A DNA stretch of 62,889 nucleotides, counting the filler, from Globobulimina sp. (lineage: Eukaryota): the NCBI GenBank assembly GCA_003354225.1. It is 26 parts of 26 records of this genome, joined end to end, with 100 filler letters (N's around TTAATTAATTAA, not from the genome) between each part and the next. Parts side by side here need not be neighbours in the genome. Positions count along the whole stretch, not along the records: positions 1 to 2,324 come from PIVH01007382.1; positions 2,425 to 4,748 come from PIVH01007383.1; positions 4,849 to 7,172 come from PIVH01007384.1; positions 7,273 to 9,596 come from PIVH01007385.1; positions 9,697 to 12,020 come from PIVH01007386.1; positions 12,121 to 14,444 come from PIVH01007387.1; 20 more parts are not named here. One strand, 5' to 3'. Positions 1-12,648 of this stretch are shown in pieces. Numbering within the stretch: position 1 is the first letter of the stretch; every line of letters starts with the position of its first letter. The notes below the pieces were generated by a model that saw only the letters and a program-made list of their open reading frames with translations, was not told where the DNA came from and made no database searches. A program made the position numbers and the translations under genes.

Positions 1-141
1 AATGAATTGAAATTCAAAGAATATGTAACCAAAACATCATCAAAAAAACAGGAGAAAAAGAAACAAGAAACAAGCACTGCGGCTGCCACTGTGCACAGTG
101 AAGAGGATAGTGATAATGTGCGGGATGTAGGATTTTCTTAA
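1..141 (+). CDS. Probable 3' end of an unknown gene (partial)
   Basis: Frame 1 is open from the contig edge (NELKFKEYVTK...DVGFS) to TAA. Confidence 0.35.
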   Translation, partial: NELKFKEYVTKTSSKKQEKKKQETSTAAATVHSEEDSDNVRDVGFS

Positions 142-863
142 GCCATGACACATATTCATAATTATGCAGAAACATCTTGTTTGTACATGTATTTGTGGTT
201 TGTATATAATTTCGTATTTGCTATTGCGAGCACCACTACTTTGCAATTGTCGCTTTACTTACATTTAGAAATTTTGTCATTGATTTCTTAGTGTTTTGAA
301 GATTTTGAAGAAAACGATTTTTTTAAAAATTATAACGTTATGTGGCACAGTGTTAAGTATTTTTAAAATTTAAATTATTAATTTTTTATATATAAATATA
401 TTTTTATATATTCTTTAATATATATATTGCGGGATTGAATGAAATAATAATTATACATTGAATTTGCACTGTCAAAAAAAGTAACCGACACAAAAAAAAA
501 CAATAGAAATCAGTTACACAAAGATTTTGGGATCGAATATTTCTGATTTTAACGAAAAGCAACATAAAGTTTAGCTGACCTTTTATTTTTTAACCAAAGT
601 TTATGTTGTTTATCATTAATATTATCATATAAACGGATCCCATGCCTGGTTGCAAACAAACAAAAAATACAACACACGGATAAACGCAAAAACACACTGA
701 AAAAAACAATTAACAAATATTGAAGAGGACGGAGGACGGAGAGAGGTCAAATACAAAACGAACATGGAAATACAAATAAATATATTTAGAAATATAGAAA
801 TAGGCAATATTTAATCAATATATATAACATAAATGGCTGTCGTGACTCGTGATGTACTGTATT

Positions 864-2324
864 TTACTCATAATCTATCATATTTAGCTGATTATAAATG
901 TCAAGTGGAGTGTTTAACTTTTTCTCATTCACTTTGAGAACATTTATCTGTATGTTTAGAGATATATTACTTGACTTATCCTCATTGCTCAATTTCGAGT
1001 TACTAATTCTAAATAATTCGTTTGTTTCATGTCGCTTTAATTTCCATTTAAAGCTGTTGTTATATTTCGTGTCCATATGAACATCGCTGTGTTGACTCCA
1101 TACAATTTGTGTATTATTTTTTATTTGCATAAATGTGTGACAATCAATAGAGGCGATCTCTGATTGCAATCGCAATAAATTCAACAATAATATTAATTGG
1201 CCGTTATCGTGCTTATAACCGGAAAGACAAAAATGTTCATAATCAAAGTGATTTGAATAAAATCTTTGTTTGAATTTATCATTTTCCATAATGTCAAGAA
1301 CACGTTTATTCAAACACCATTCGTACGCGATATTTGTACTCATTTTCAACGATTTATTGTATGCCGGCACAATGCCATAATTCTCGTAACTTGGATCATA
1401 TTCGATATCTAAGACCGTCGCATTGATTTTAAACTGTAATTCCTTTAAATTCTCAATATCTCGCTGTGGAATTATCATTTTTAAACCGGACTTATTCAAC
1501 AAATTATAACTCAAATCATCGCCAATCAAATCAGTGCCAAACATAAACAGATCCATTTTCTGATACTTTATCTCATGGCAAATACATAACATATTGATCA
1601 AAACCATGCAATTATCGATTTTGATGGGCAATTCTTGACATTCCAACGACAATTCAATCTCATTTAAATTGTGCCGATCGATAATTTTGCGCGTCAACGT
1701 CGGCGACAATTTTATTTTATGGTCCATATTGAGATGGAATTTGAACGGATCCGTCTGCAATTTATGATTGTTAAAACCGTTTAATTTGCTAAAGAAATCG
1801 GTCACTTTTATGTTAAAATGCATGTAGCTGTCATCAAAAAACAATAATATCACTTGAATAATCGCGTGTGGGATGTACATTACTTTATGAATATTCACGC
1901 CGTGAGTCCGTAGATAGCCAGACAGCAAATATTCCTTTGCGGTCTGCAACATATACAACGAGGCCGTATGCGCTGTAGTTAGCGCTTTAATTTTCGGTTC
2001 ATAGTCATCCTCATCATACTGCTCAATCTCCTCAAAATACGCATAATATCCCTGTTCGCTCTGTGATTGCGAGTATTCCATCTCGTTTTTCTCCGCATCG
2101 TTGTCGTTCAAATTGCGATTAATAATATCCACGTTGTAGTCGTTCATAACAAAGGCATCATTGTCCGGTTCATCGTCATCGGACTCATTGGACATATTGT
2201 AATCGCGAATGGATTTATGTGAGGGCAGATTGAGTAACATCGGTCTACGGCCAACCGGGAATGACGGCGCATTGGATTTGTTGTAGGTATCTTCCACATG
2301 GCGCCAGGGACAGGCATTGCCTTT
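864..2324 (-). CDS. Hypothetical protein with LSGYLR...IPxAII motif and C-terminal MATH/TRAF-like domain (5'-partial)
   Basis: 477+ aa ORF; acidic N-terminus; YEWCL...FYSNHF...FCL beta-rich pattern resembling a MATH domain. Confidence 0.6.
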   Translation of the reverse strand, partial: KGNACPWRHVEDTYNKSNAPSFPVGRRPMLLNLPSHKSIRDYNMSNESDDDEPDNDAFVMNDYNVDIINRNLNDNDAEKNEMEYSQSQSEQGYYAYFEEIEQYDEDDYEPKIKALTTAHTASLYMLQTAKEYLLSGYLRTHGVNIHKVMYIPHAIIQVILLFFDDSYMHFNIKVTDFFSKLNGFNNHKLQTDPFKFHLNMDHKIKLSPTLTRKIIDRHNLNEIELSLECQELPIKIDNCMVLINMLCICHEIKYQKMDLFMFGTDLIGDDLSYNLLNKSGLKMIIPQRDIENLKELQFKINATVLDIEYDPSYENYGIVPAYNKSLKMSTNIAYEWCLNKRVLDIMENDKFKQRFYSNHFDYEHFCLSGYKHDNGQLILLLNLLRLQSEIASIDCHTFMQIKNNTQIVWSQHSDVHMDTKYNNSFKWKLKRHETNELFRISNSKLSNEDKSSNISLNIQINVLKVNEKKLNTPLDIYNQLNMIDYE

Positions 2325-2424
2325 NNNNNNNNNNNNNNNNNNNNNNNNNNNNNNNNNNNNNNNNNNNNTTAATTAATTAANNNNNNNNNNNNNNNNNNNN
2401 NNNNNNNNNNNNNNNNNNNNNNNN
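2325..2424. other. Artificial contig linker (first of 25 identical ones)
   Basis: 44 N + TTAATTAATTAA + 44 N recurring every ~2.42 kb (4749, 7173, 9597, 12021 ... 60469); contig lengths fall monotonically from 2324 to 2321 bp. Confidence 0.99.
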
Positions 2425-2783
2425 AGAATCGCAAAGTTCCAAAATCCCAAAAGTCTATGGATGCTAAAACATGAACGACAATGATTATGAAAATATGTAT
2501 AAATAAATCCGATATTTTTTGTATCATGTGGTATATTGATCATATTGTACCCCCCTACTACTACTAATTACTAATTTAGCTACGCTACTTACTTCATTCC
2601 TTAGTCACAGATTCAAGGAATACCACAATTGGTGTGTCGACCGTTCCTAATTGATCGAACGGAGAGAAAGAACCATAATATTAGCTATGAGTGATAAGAA
2701 TAAGAACAATAATTGGAATTTGAAAAGTTTTTGAAAATGTGTGCTGTATCACGTAAATATTGGAACTACTTAAAGTACTAACC

Positions 2784-4286
2784 ATGGCGGATAGAGATAG
2801 CACAAGTTTTTCAATGCCCAATGGCAACATTCACAAAAAATTACATACCAACCAAACCATGATCATTCATTCCAGTTATGATGAAAGCCAGGAATTAGGA
2901 TACGAAGAACAAGAGGAATTATATGGAGATGATATGGATGATATGTCTTATGATGATCAACAATATGATGAACAGCCATATGATGATGATGAGGAAGAAT
3001 GGGATGAAGATATTGACGGCAACAAACCCAATGGATACAAACCGCACAAAACAAACACAAAACAAAATAGCGCCACGTTATCAGGCCACGCATTGCAAGA
3101 TGACTGGGACGAAAACTATACGGATTATTACGAAGATAGCAATTACGCGCAAGCACCACCAAAAAAAAAGAAATACCGTGAATCCGATGCCAAAATAAAG
3201 CCATTATCGTATGATGACGCAAAGAAACAGAAAAGCAAAGAAAGCAAAGATAAATTTGAGAAACGATACAGCAAATATGACAGTATAATTTTATTGGACA
3301 CAGACGACAATGAATATGACTACGAGTTGCAACATAAAATCAAAAAAAAGAGGAAAAAACGGAAAAAAAAACGCACAAAGTCCACAAACAGCGGCATAGA
3401 ATTAAGCGTAACGCGCGAAATTGATGAGGACTCGGTTGAATCGAGGGAAGTTTCTATTTTTTATAACAAAAACACAAAAGATAAATATAATGAGTTTGAA
3501 ATGAATACATATTCTTCAGATTCGATGACTGATTCAGACCAAATAACGCATAAATATCTAAAAGCAAACCCTATGACACCGGCGCCGGATGTTATTGATA
3601 AGAAATATGAATCGCAAGTGAGTGAATTTGAAAACAGCGAAGAAAAACTACTGCCACTAAAACACTTGAAATTGCCCACAAAAGTTAAAGAAAAAAATTC
3701 AAGGTACCACATTTTTACATATATAACGTTTCTGAGTATGCACAAAGAATAATGTACGTAATTTAGGCATAAACACAAAAGCAAAAACAAGATGACATTG
3801 AAGGAGTTTATGAGTGTGAATCTGTCGAGTTTTGTGGAGGAGTACGACGGGGATAACTTCGATGTGGCAAAGGCAGTCTGTAAGTATTACGACAATAAAT
3901 GCGGCGACACGGATACTGTGACAATAGTAAGTGACAGCGGCCAGGGCCCAAATACAGCATATTGGAGCAAAGGCGATTATAATCGCGTTGAGACGGACTG
4001 TTTAGGGAAATATATTATGGTTTATAGAGCGTGCAAACATGTGGCGTGTGGCACAAAAGTGGCACAGGATGTATTTGAGTCATGTGTGAAGGGTTTGTGT
4101 ATGGACAATTTAGGACACTCGCAATTGATTGCGGATAAACTCGACTCTGTGTTTGGTGAAGGCTGCCATGTCTCACTTGCTTCACACGATCAATTTGAAG
4201 TATTTTGTAGATATTCGGATGGATATATTTGTGAAGTTGAAGTACCAGCTACCAATGGCCATTTTGTTGTGGCTTGGAGAAGATAG
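2784..4286 (+). CDS. Acidic/basic low-complexity protein with two divergent dynein-light-chain-like domains at the C-terminus
   Basis: ORFs 2760-3752 and 3792-4286 join in frame via GT-AG intron 3704-3766; IADKLDSVFGEGCHV resembles LC8 IKKEFDKKYNPTWHC. Confidence 0.6.
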
Positions 4287-4848
4287 CTACTTTTTTGCTC
4301 TTCTTTTCATTTGTTTTTAATGTTTTTGTACGTTTTTGTTGTTACGTTTCTCATGTTGACTTTAAATTGTTTTGATTTCAAGATTTTCAATCGATGATGG
4401 TAATATTTACTGCATTTTTGTATGATATCCATCACTGTCAATGGATCCAGATGTTTCTTGTTGCCATTGCACATTCAAAATCTATATTAACCAACTTACT
4501 AAGATCCAAACAAAAAGCACTGCCTTCAGTTGCACAATGCTCGACCAAACCACCTTAGACTAACTCGGACATAACTTGCGTCCCATTATGAATGTTAGTG
4601 TGAAAATGTGGGAAAATCCTTTTATAACATTTTATTTAAATTTGACTCAAGATTCAATAGACTCGAGATACGGATAATCCTCAGCATTTTGAAACTGATC
4701 ACTGTCTTTGTTATCAAGACCATCCCTTTCTTTTTGATCCAAATTAATNNNNNNNNNNNNNNNNNNNNNNNNNNNNNNNNNNNNNNNNNNNNTTAATTAA
4801 TTAANNNNNNNNNNNNNNNNNNNNNNNNNNNNNNNNNNNNNNNNNNNN

Positions 4849-4921
4849 AATGGTGACTATTTAGGCAACTATTTACGAAACCTATGCGACTATTTAGGCG
4901 ACTATTTATATAACTTGTGTA
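4849..4921 (+). mobile_element. Right end of an ACTATTTAG-repeat MITE family copy (cut by contig edge)
   Basis: Aligns with 62107-62184, including the GGCGACTATTTA...AACTTGTGTA terminus. Confidence 0.75.
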
Positions 4922-5564
4922 CGACAAAAAAAAGAACTTAAAAATATATCGTTTAGTGAAAATTAAAAATAATGGCTACACTGCTTTCACTTTGCGATCA
5001 ACATATGCAAAGTTTAGAGATCACAAATATATATCAGAAAGCAGTATTTATATCATTTCAAACGCACGTTAATGTCATAATAATAAGTTCAAACACTCTT
5101 TGTATGTATACTGAGCTACGTTATAGGTTGCGACATTTTGCGTGATGTCTTTGTATGTTGAAATTATGGTATACACAAACTTATGTTGACTACAGCTGAT
5201 TTGGATGTATTGATATGAGTTATTCTCTCATAAAATGGTAAATTGACTAGTCACAGTTGTGAAAAACCGCATATTTTGGGATTCATATTTGAACATAGTA
5301 ACAAGGCGTTCGTGTGATAAAAATCTAAAAATCCAACACCGCGTGACCCGTTTGAAACACATGTTTGAAACACCGCGTGTGCTAGGATAATGTATACAAT
5401 TTCAAGAGAAAAGTGTTCTAAACACGTTCAATTCTAAAGTATACCGCAATTTAAACTAGTTGCATGGTGAAACAACATAAGTACCGTAAAGTACATGTAC
5501 ACATTTAACTAGTTGTGATGAATGTTAATTATATTAATATTTAAATATGGTACAACACAAACAA

Positions 5565-6793
5565 TCAAATAGATTTTTGTTGTGGTTTCTTTGCAATCAC
5601 CAATAACATTGGTGTAAAGATTTGTTTTTGACCAGCTTTTACTAATCCGGTTCTGGCAACATTTAAAATTTCATGAGCCCGGAATGTTCCTTTGGGCGCT
5701 AACCATGCGGTCTCTAAAAACCAGGTTAAACACCGCGTAAATACAACACCAACGCATGTATGCTGTATATTTTCCATGCTACACTTGGCCATTAACGAAG
5801 CATGCCATGCTATCTGCCCTTTATCCCGGGCTTCTTGGTCTAAATCAACAGCAGAAACAACCTCAAATCCTGATTTCTTGAAACTCGCTAAACATTGCTT
5901 ATCTGTAATTAAGTCAGGCAAAGCATTTCCTTTTTCAATCTCATATTTTGTCTGCAAATCGTCCTTATTTTGCGGGTCAAATCTATCCGCATTCAACACC
6001 CATTCATATGACGCAAATAAACCGCCTGGCTTTAATACACGATGTATTTCGTCAAACACATCGCATCTATTTGGTGCATGGCACGTTGCTTCGATTGCAA
6101 ATATTTTATCAAATGTATTATCTTTAAAGTCTGATAAGTTACAAAAATCCCCCTGTTGCAATGAACATTGCCCACTGAGTCCTTGTTGTTTATTAATTTC
6201 ATTGCCGCGCTGGACCTGGTACTCATTAATCGTAACACCAACAATTTTGGCCCCGGTAAACTGTGCAATATTTCTCATTGGTCCACCAATACCGCATCTA
6301 TTATTTTATGAACAGCGCAGATTATGTCAACACAAGCAACATATTGAGTGTTTTCGCAAAATTACAAAATGTAAACATACCCTACATCCAATACCACATC
6401 ATCGGGTTTAATATTTAATTGCAATGCGATATAATGTTCATGTCTGATTATCGATTCGCTGAAGGTTTCGCTGCGGCCTCTTGGCGCAAAATGGAACGAT
6501 TGGCCCCAGCCACTCTCATAGAAATCTGTCACTGTTTGCATTTGTAAAATAAATGTGATGAATATATTAATCGGACATTTGTGAACAAACGTACCAATGT
6601 TATAAAAGCTATCAACAAACTTTTGTGCATTGGTCTTTCTGAGCTGAATATTTTCATCTCGAGAATCATACATTTCTTCTATGAATTTAGATTCGTCACT
6701 GAAATTTTTGGTATCAGATATTTTGCAGGAACCTTTACCACGGCCTGTAGCCGCTTTAAAAAGCTCTGGGAGCGATCCTTGTACCACGGACAT
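5565..6793 (-). CDS. SMT1: Sterol 24-C-methyltransferase
   Basis: Motifs TDFYESGWGQSFHFAP, VLDVGCGIGGPMR, IEATCHAP, YEW; introns 6532-6594 and 6298-6380. Confidence 0.96.
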
Positions 6794-6899
6794 GATGGAG
6801 TAAAGTAGTGAAGATTTTCGATCTAAAAATTAATATTATCTATTTATAATTATAAATGTCAAATAAGGTTGTTATGTCATATAATAATTTCTTTTTGGG

Positions 6900-7172
6900 T
6901 TATTCTGAGCGCGCAAACAACAACCAAATATTATACAATTTTTCGATGGTTCCTATACCATTTCCCGCAATGTTTTCTGCAGAATAAACATCAAATCGTG
7001 CCCAAAAATTTAATACAGAAACTGTATCGCCTTTAATCAACAAGGACTCATCCAATAATTTGCCATCTTTAAAATCCTGCTCAGTCAAACTATATATTAC
7101 TTGCGCCTTATTATCATATTCATCAATTACTACCGAGTCAAATGAGCCATACTCCGTAATTTTCAAAACCCC
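6900..7172 (-). CDS. 3' end of an unknown gene (partial)
   Basis: Open from the contig edge to a stop at 6900; protein-like composition. Confidence 0.55.
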   Translation of the reverse strand, partial: GVLKITEYGSFDSVVIDEYDNKAQVIYSLTEQDFKDGKLLDESLLIKGDTVSVLNFWARFDVYSAENIAGNGIGTIEKLYNIWLLFARSE

Positions 7173-7272
7173 NNNNNNNNNNNNNNNNNNNNNNNNNNNN
7201 NNNNNNNNNNNNNNNNTTAATTAATTAANNNNNNNNNNNNNNNNNNNNNNNNNNNNNNNNNNNNNNNNNNNN

Positions 7273-8494
7273 ATCCAATGACGAGAACACAGCAGGAGCT
7301 GGGTATAAAAATTCAAACCCGAATACAACGACATATGGTATAATTGCAGGCTTGGTCGCATTAGTAATCGTTATGTTTGCCGCCTGTTTGGTGTATCGCC
7401 ATTTCCTCCGCAAAAAAGAAGCTCAAATGGAGGTCTTATTTGGTTCTAAAGCAATGCCCCGGCAATTATCAGACATCGTAAATGAAACAAATGCAAAGGA
7501 AACCACATCGCCACCGGTACCCGAGACCACAATATCACCACCAATGGAAGGCGAAGGCGACGCCAATACGACGCAAATTAGATATTATGGCTATGATGAA
7601 CGTGTTCGATCTGCCACGGTCGCTACAAATCCATTGCATTTCACGCAAAATGCAAACAGCAGACGAGGCACTGATATTTCTCAACGCAGTCATCAGCCAT
7701 ATGTTAATTATGCAGCACATCAACAAATGTATCAGCATCCACAAAAAAATATGTATCCGGTCGCCTCGCATTCACAGCGAAGTTTCCATGCAGCGCAACA
7801 GCAAATGCATCAGCAAAATATGTATGCGCAATCCGGGCGAAACATGAATCAAAAGGTGCAACATGTTCAGAATAATAGTTATCCTACGCAGCCACACTTT
7901 GATGTGGCAGCGTATTATGCAAATTATGGAGGATCGCAACAGAATATGCAGCAGAATGCAGGGCACAATCAACAGCCAAGCGGTCAGAGCCAACATCCAC
8001 AGCAACAGTTAAGTGCTGAATGCCAAGTGATAAGCCCTATGGCCACAGAAGATGATACCGGTGCATTTCCTGCGGATATTCATCATTTTGTATTTGGTGA
8101 TGCTGATCAGGAAGAACGTGAGGAACATGATGAGGAGGAAAAACATGATGTATTACATGAGGAGGATGGTACTGAAGGTAGTGATGGCAGTGAGAGTGAG
8201 GAAAGCGGTGAGACTGAGAGTGACAGCGATAGTCATCATACACATACTAAATTTGAGAGGGCAAACACAATGTTGCCATACATACATAGTGAAAATACGT
8301 TACGTGGATTTATAAAAAATGATATTAAAATGCATACAGGTAATGACCAAGTTGAATTACAACCACTTGATGATATAAATGAAGATGGTGTAAATGAAGA
8401 CAATCATAATCGAGACATGACGATATTGAGTGATATTAGTGATATGAATTTAGAATTTACCACATTGTCAAATGTATTGTCGTTTAAGGAGTAA
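7273..8494 (+). CDS. Type I membrane protein, C-terminal part (TM helix, Q/H-rich and acidic cytoplasmic tail)
   Basis: TM helix GIIAGLVALVIVMFAACLVY followed by RHFLRKK; long ORF. Confidence 0.8.
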
Positions 8495-8778
8495 GTAATA
8501 TGTATATATTTTTTGCATGTTTGTATTATGTTTTTGTTTAATTAGTGTTTTTAATTAATTGTGATAAATTATTTTTGTTTGAATCATTTATCATTCGTTT
8601 TTATTATTTTGTTGCATTGTTTATAAATACAGATGAGATTAAAAACAATTTTAATTCATCGGACTTATCATTCGAATCTGAAATTTGTCAAATAATTCAA
8701 ATCCTTGCACTCAAATACTATTTTAAATACAAACAAAAAACATTGCACGCGATGTATGTGCAGCCAACATGAATATAA

Positions 8779-9381
8779 TTATTCCCAATCATCATCATCC
8801 CAATCCACGATTTGCACAATAAATTTTTCCCACTTATCACATTTTTCCCGATTTGCAATTAATTTGCCAGCAAACCATTGCGCAGATAAATATTTATTGT
8901 GACATGACTTAAAGGACCATGATTCTTTTCCATTTTTCTTATTTGTAAATTGTTGCACTGTGAATGTTTCCCATCCCCCAATATTATCTCTGTTGCATTG
9001 TATTAAACCATCTTTCTTTTGTACAGATACATATTTCCCATTAAATGTTTTCAATGCAATTCTAATCTCATTGTCTTTCATGTCATTGTCACTGTCATTC
9101 TTTATGGGAATACTTATAAATGTTTGTGAATTACTTCTTTTCTTTGCATTGCAATTTACAATCCCAGTTTTGGTACAACTTATAAATTTCCCATGGTCAC
9201 TTAAAATAGATATTGATGTTTGTTGTGTTGGATCGTATTTTAATTTGACATTGCTCGCTTGTTGATTTTTGCGTAACGCACTTTGTTTATGTTCGTGTTC
9301 AATGTACTTAGCTGCTCCTACAGCCGCTACTGCAGCAATTGCGCCAATTGCCACTCCAATAATTCCTTTTTTGTTTGCCAT
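8779..9381 (-). CDS. Fascin-like (actin-crosslinking beta-trefoil) domain protein with N-terminal hydrophobic anchor
   Basis: Repeats IALKTFNGKYVSV...NRDNIGGWETF and SFKSCHNKYLSA...NREKCDKWEKF. Confidence 0.85.
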   Translation of the reverse strand: MANKKGIIGVAIGAIAAVAAVGAAKYIEHEHKQSALRKNQQASNVKLKYDPTQQTSISILSDHGKFISCTKTGIVNCNAKKRSNSQTFISIPIKNDSDNDMKDNEIRIALKTFNGKYVSVQKKDGLIQCNRDNIGGWETFTVQQFTNKKNGKESWSFKSCHNKYLSAQWFAGKLIANREKCDKWEKFIVQIVDWDDDDWE

Positions 9382-9696
9382 GATTAAACCTGAAAGTTTC
9401 TGAAAACGTTTTGAATAAGAAAAAATGTACAATGTTCAGCTGCGAATATAATCGAATAATCGCAATGTTCAGATCTCAATGATATCTACAAAAAAATGTT
9501 TCATGCTATATAGTGTCACTAAGTATAGGACAGGCACCAGACGTATTTGGTGTATTATATCTGTTTGAAACAGATGCTTTATTTATGGCTATGAGTNNNN
9601 NNNNNNNNNNNNNNNNNNNNNNNNNNNNNNNNNNNNNNNNTTAATTAATTAANNNNNNNNNNNNNNNNNNNNNNNNNNNNNNNNNNNNNNNNNNNN

Positions 9697-10720
9697 ATAT
9701 GTAGCAGTGGCTAAAACCTTTGCAATAATCTCGTCAATCGCCATATCATTGGTTGCAATTTACCACATCTACACCACCCAAAAAAATGTGCTTGTGTGTT
9801 TTAGTCAATCTGTCTTTTTATCGATGACATTATTATTTTTCGCCGTGTTGGTAGTATTAAACCTCACATTGGAGATATTCGATGATTTCCATACCGCCGC
9901 ATTTTGTTCATATTCTAAATTTGTCTCCGTTCCATCGTACATTGCATTTAAATGTATGTTATATATCATTTTAGTGAACCGCAGTTATTTGGCATTTGGT
10001 GATTCACCGTATTCTGTTTGGTCTGCAAAAAAATTAAAAATCTGGGCCAGTACCTTAGTAATTTGGAGCGTATTAAACATTGTATTCAATATCGCGACGA
10101 CGACCACCCGATTTGATGCAGATGGATATCCAAAATGTTTTACTTTCGTGTTTCGACCGATGTTAATGTCCATGATGGCGTTGGATATCATCGCATGCGG
10201 CGTCAATTTGTATTTATTCATCAAACCTATAAAAGAATTAAATGCCGTCATTTCGCTGAATGCCGTAAGTGAGAATGAATTGGATGGTCAGATGAGCATT
10301 TTGCAATATATTGCGGTGAAACAATGCGTACTTTCAATAATCGCGATAATTACGTCCGTGTTCACCAATATGTTGATTGCCTTATTTAGTTTGGTTCAGG
10401 TCTTCATTGGTTTGGATGTGAATGTGTCCATAATTTGTGTCATATTAATGTATAAATGGAATGACAGCGTGGTGAAGAAATTGTGCTGTCTCTGCATCAA
10501 AGACAGAACAAACAAAGTCATTCCAAGTAAACGCAATTTAGACGCGACGGTACCAACCGGTACGACCACAGTCGGCATGTCAAATGCAGGCAAATCGCGC
10601 ACCGGGACGCCAACCGCGGGCACTTCGTCCGGCGCAGCTGTGACTATCTCATATGGAGGAGGTTCGAGTGCGAGTGCGGAGGTAACGGAAGCTTCGGGCA
10701 CCGGTCACTCAAATGTTTGA
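9697..10720 (+). CDS. Seven-transmembrane GPCR-like protein (5'-partial)
   Basis: About 7 hydrophobic segments, Cys before TM3 and in ECL2, CCLC after TM7, S/T/G-rich tail. Confidence 0.75.
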
Positions 10721-11325
10721 GTATACGTATATTTTTATAAATTTTTCAGATGTGTTTTGAATGTGTTTTGATTGTCTATGTTTTTTTTTGTTGTTCTTTC
10801 ATTTCAAACTATTTTACTGCAGTTTTTAATATAATATTATATTATAATTCAATTATACCATTTAATTTTTCTAAAATGTCAAATTAATTAATGTCATATT
10901 CGTCCGTTCGCTCAGTCATCTTTGTTGTGAATTAAATTTTTTCTGAATGTGTTTTGTTTTGTTTGTCTATGCTGATCTTTCGTCTCTTTTTTTTTGTTGT
11001 TGTTCAGTTTTTAATTTATATTTACAATTTACAATTTGTTTAATTTTAAATGTGACTATGTTGCCATCTGCACCAAATTTAAGGAGATGGGTACTTCTCA
11101 TAAAAGTGGATGAGAAGGGTCATTTGTATATGCATAGCAAACTAAGGAAATGTCGGTAAATGACGTAATTAAAATTGGACCCTAGGTCCATTTCGCTATG
11201 ATTCCTGTGACCTAATCAGAAGAGGCTGAGATTTAACTTAAATAACATCAATAATAAAGATATATATATTTAATTTATGTGACGCATATTATTCAATGCA
11301 GTCATTACTTTCTCAGTAACCAGAT

Positions 11326-12020
11326 TTACATTTTTTGATGGTTTTGTCCACGTTTAGCACGTGCTTCCACATCAACATTTTCTTCCATTTCAACGCCGGT
11401 ATTAAACTGTTGCGAGTACCTTCGATCCAGTTCAGGTCGAATATGAGATATATTATCCATTAATGATACAATGTCAGCCTTGTCGCACAAATCGTAAATA
11501 AAACATAAAAACTTATCTACAAACGCATGAACCGCAGCATTCGCATCAATATTACTTGGCAGTGCATTGGCTTCCACACTGCATTGATTACAGAAATAGC
11601 GAGCGTACGAATCCTCGTCTTCGTCATCGAAATATGCCACAATGTCTTGTGAGCTCAGTTGTATCTGCGATCCGGTGTGATATGGCATTGTTATTTCAAA
11701 CTTTAAGCTCCATGGCGGCATAAACAAGCTGGCCATTAAAAACACTGCGCCATGCACTCCAATAAAAATGCGAGTCTGTTTGAATAAGTTATATTGAGCA
11801 TAAAAACTAAGCAAACCCGGATTGCCATATATCACTACAAATTTATCATTGATGGAGCTGAAAAATTCCAAAAAAGCATCTTTTAATTGCAATCCATTGG
11901 CAATGCATCGATATCTACAAACATTGCCAACATAGCGAGTGGCGATAAACACCAACTTGCCGCCATCCATTATCTCTGTTAAAGCCCCATGAACAATCCA
12001 CTGCTTTTCAGAAATCTCCG
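11326..12020 (-). CDS. Glycosyltransferase family 61-like protein (5'-partial)
   Basis: LSFYAQYNLF...IFIGVHGA...LFMPP..LKFEI signature. Confidence 0.8.
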
Positions 12021-12120
12021 NNNNNNNNNNNNNNNNNNNNNNNNNNNNNNNNNNNNNNNNNNNNTTAATTAATTAANNNNNNNNNNNNNNNNNNNNNNNN
12101 NNNNNNNNNNNNNNNNNNNN

Positions 12121-12505
12121 AAAACTAAAAAATGCGAGAAACTTCGAGTTTTATTAAGAAAACCTCTTTTCGTTTCCGCATTTCGTAAATATAATTATAA
12201 AAACATTTGTTTGTCTAAAGAGAAACAGTGTTGTTTTTAATTTGTTTAGTTTGCCACAGTTAATTTGTTTAGATACAACACGGAAAAATGTAATCAGTCG
12301 GTGGTTGCGTTTAAGTGAATTAATTAAAGAGAATTCAAATGATTCTGCATTGAGTATTGTTACACTGCCTGTTCCATCCAAATTTATTGAGGCAATTCAA
12401 TATATTTCCATTTTAAATGTGTTATCCGATCAAAATGTATTGCCGCATCCTATGATATTAATGCGAGGGAATGGGAAACAAATATTAACTTTTGATTCGG
12501 AATAA
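12121..12505 (+). CDS. SLC12 cation-chloride cotransporter, C-terminus (partial)
   Basis: LRLSELIKENSNDSALSIVTLPVP...PMILMRGNGKQILTF; probable intron 12185-12272. Confidence 0.88.
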
Positions 12506-12648
12506 CTTGCTTTTTATAATATTAATATTGTTCATCGCAAATATATAATTATTAAGTTTCAATGATAATAACTGAACAGCAACGTGTTTCTGGCGCTTTT
12601 GTAAAAAAAACCTAGTTTGCAAACTTAACTAAGCCAGCACTGAATACC

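Noticed and set aside
4390-4748. Minus-strand GRKLCP word resembling a P450 heme motif
   Set aside because: Surrounded by stops, with no other P450 motifs; could be chance.
5240-5520. Scattered ACTAGT and AACACCGCGTG / GTTTGAAACAC repeats
   Set aside because: Possibly old transposon debris, but no definable termini or structure.
5692-6411. 239-aa plus-strand ORF and similar antisense ORFs elsewhere
   Set aside because: Shadow frames of well-supported genes on the opposite strand (here SMT1).
11171-11193. Near-palindrome AAATTGGACCCTAGGTCCATTT
   Set aside because: Short and single, with no partner terminus or TSD.
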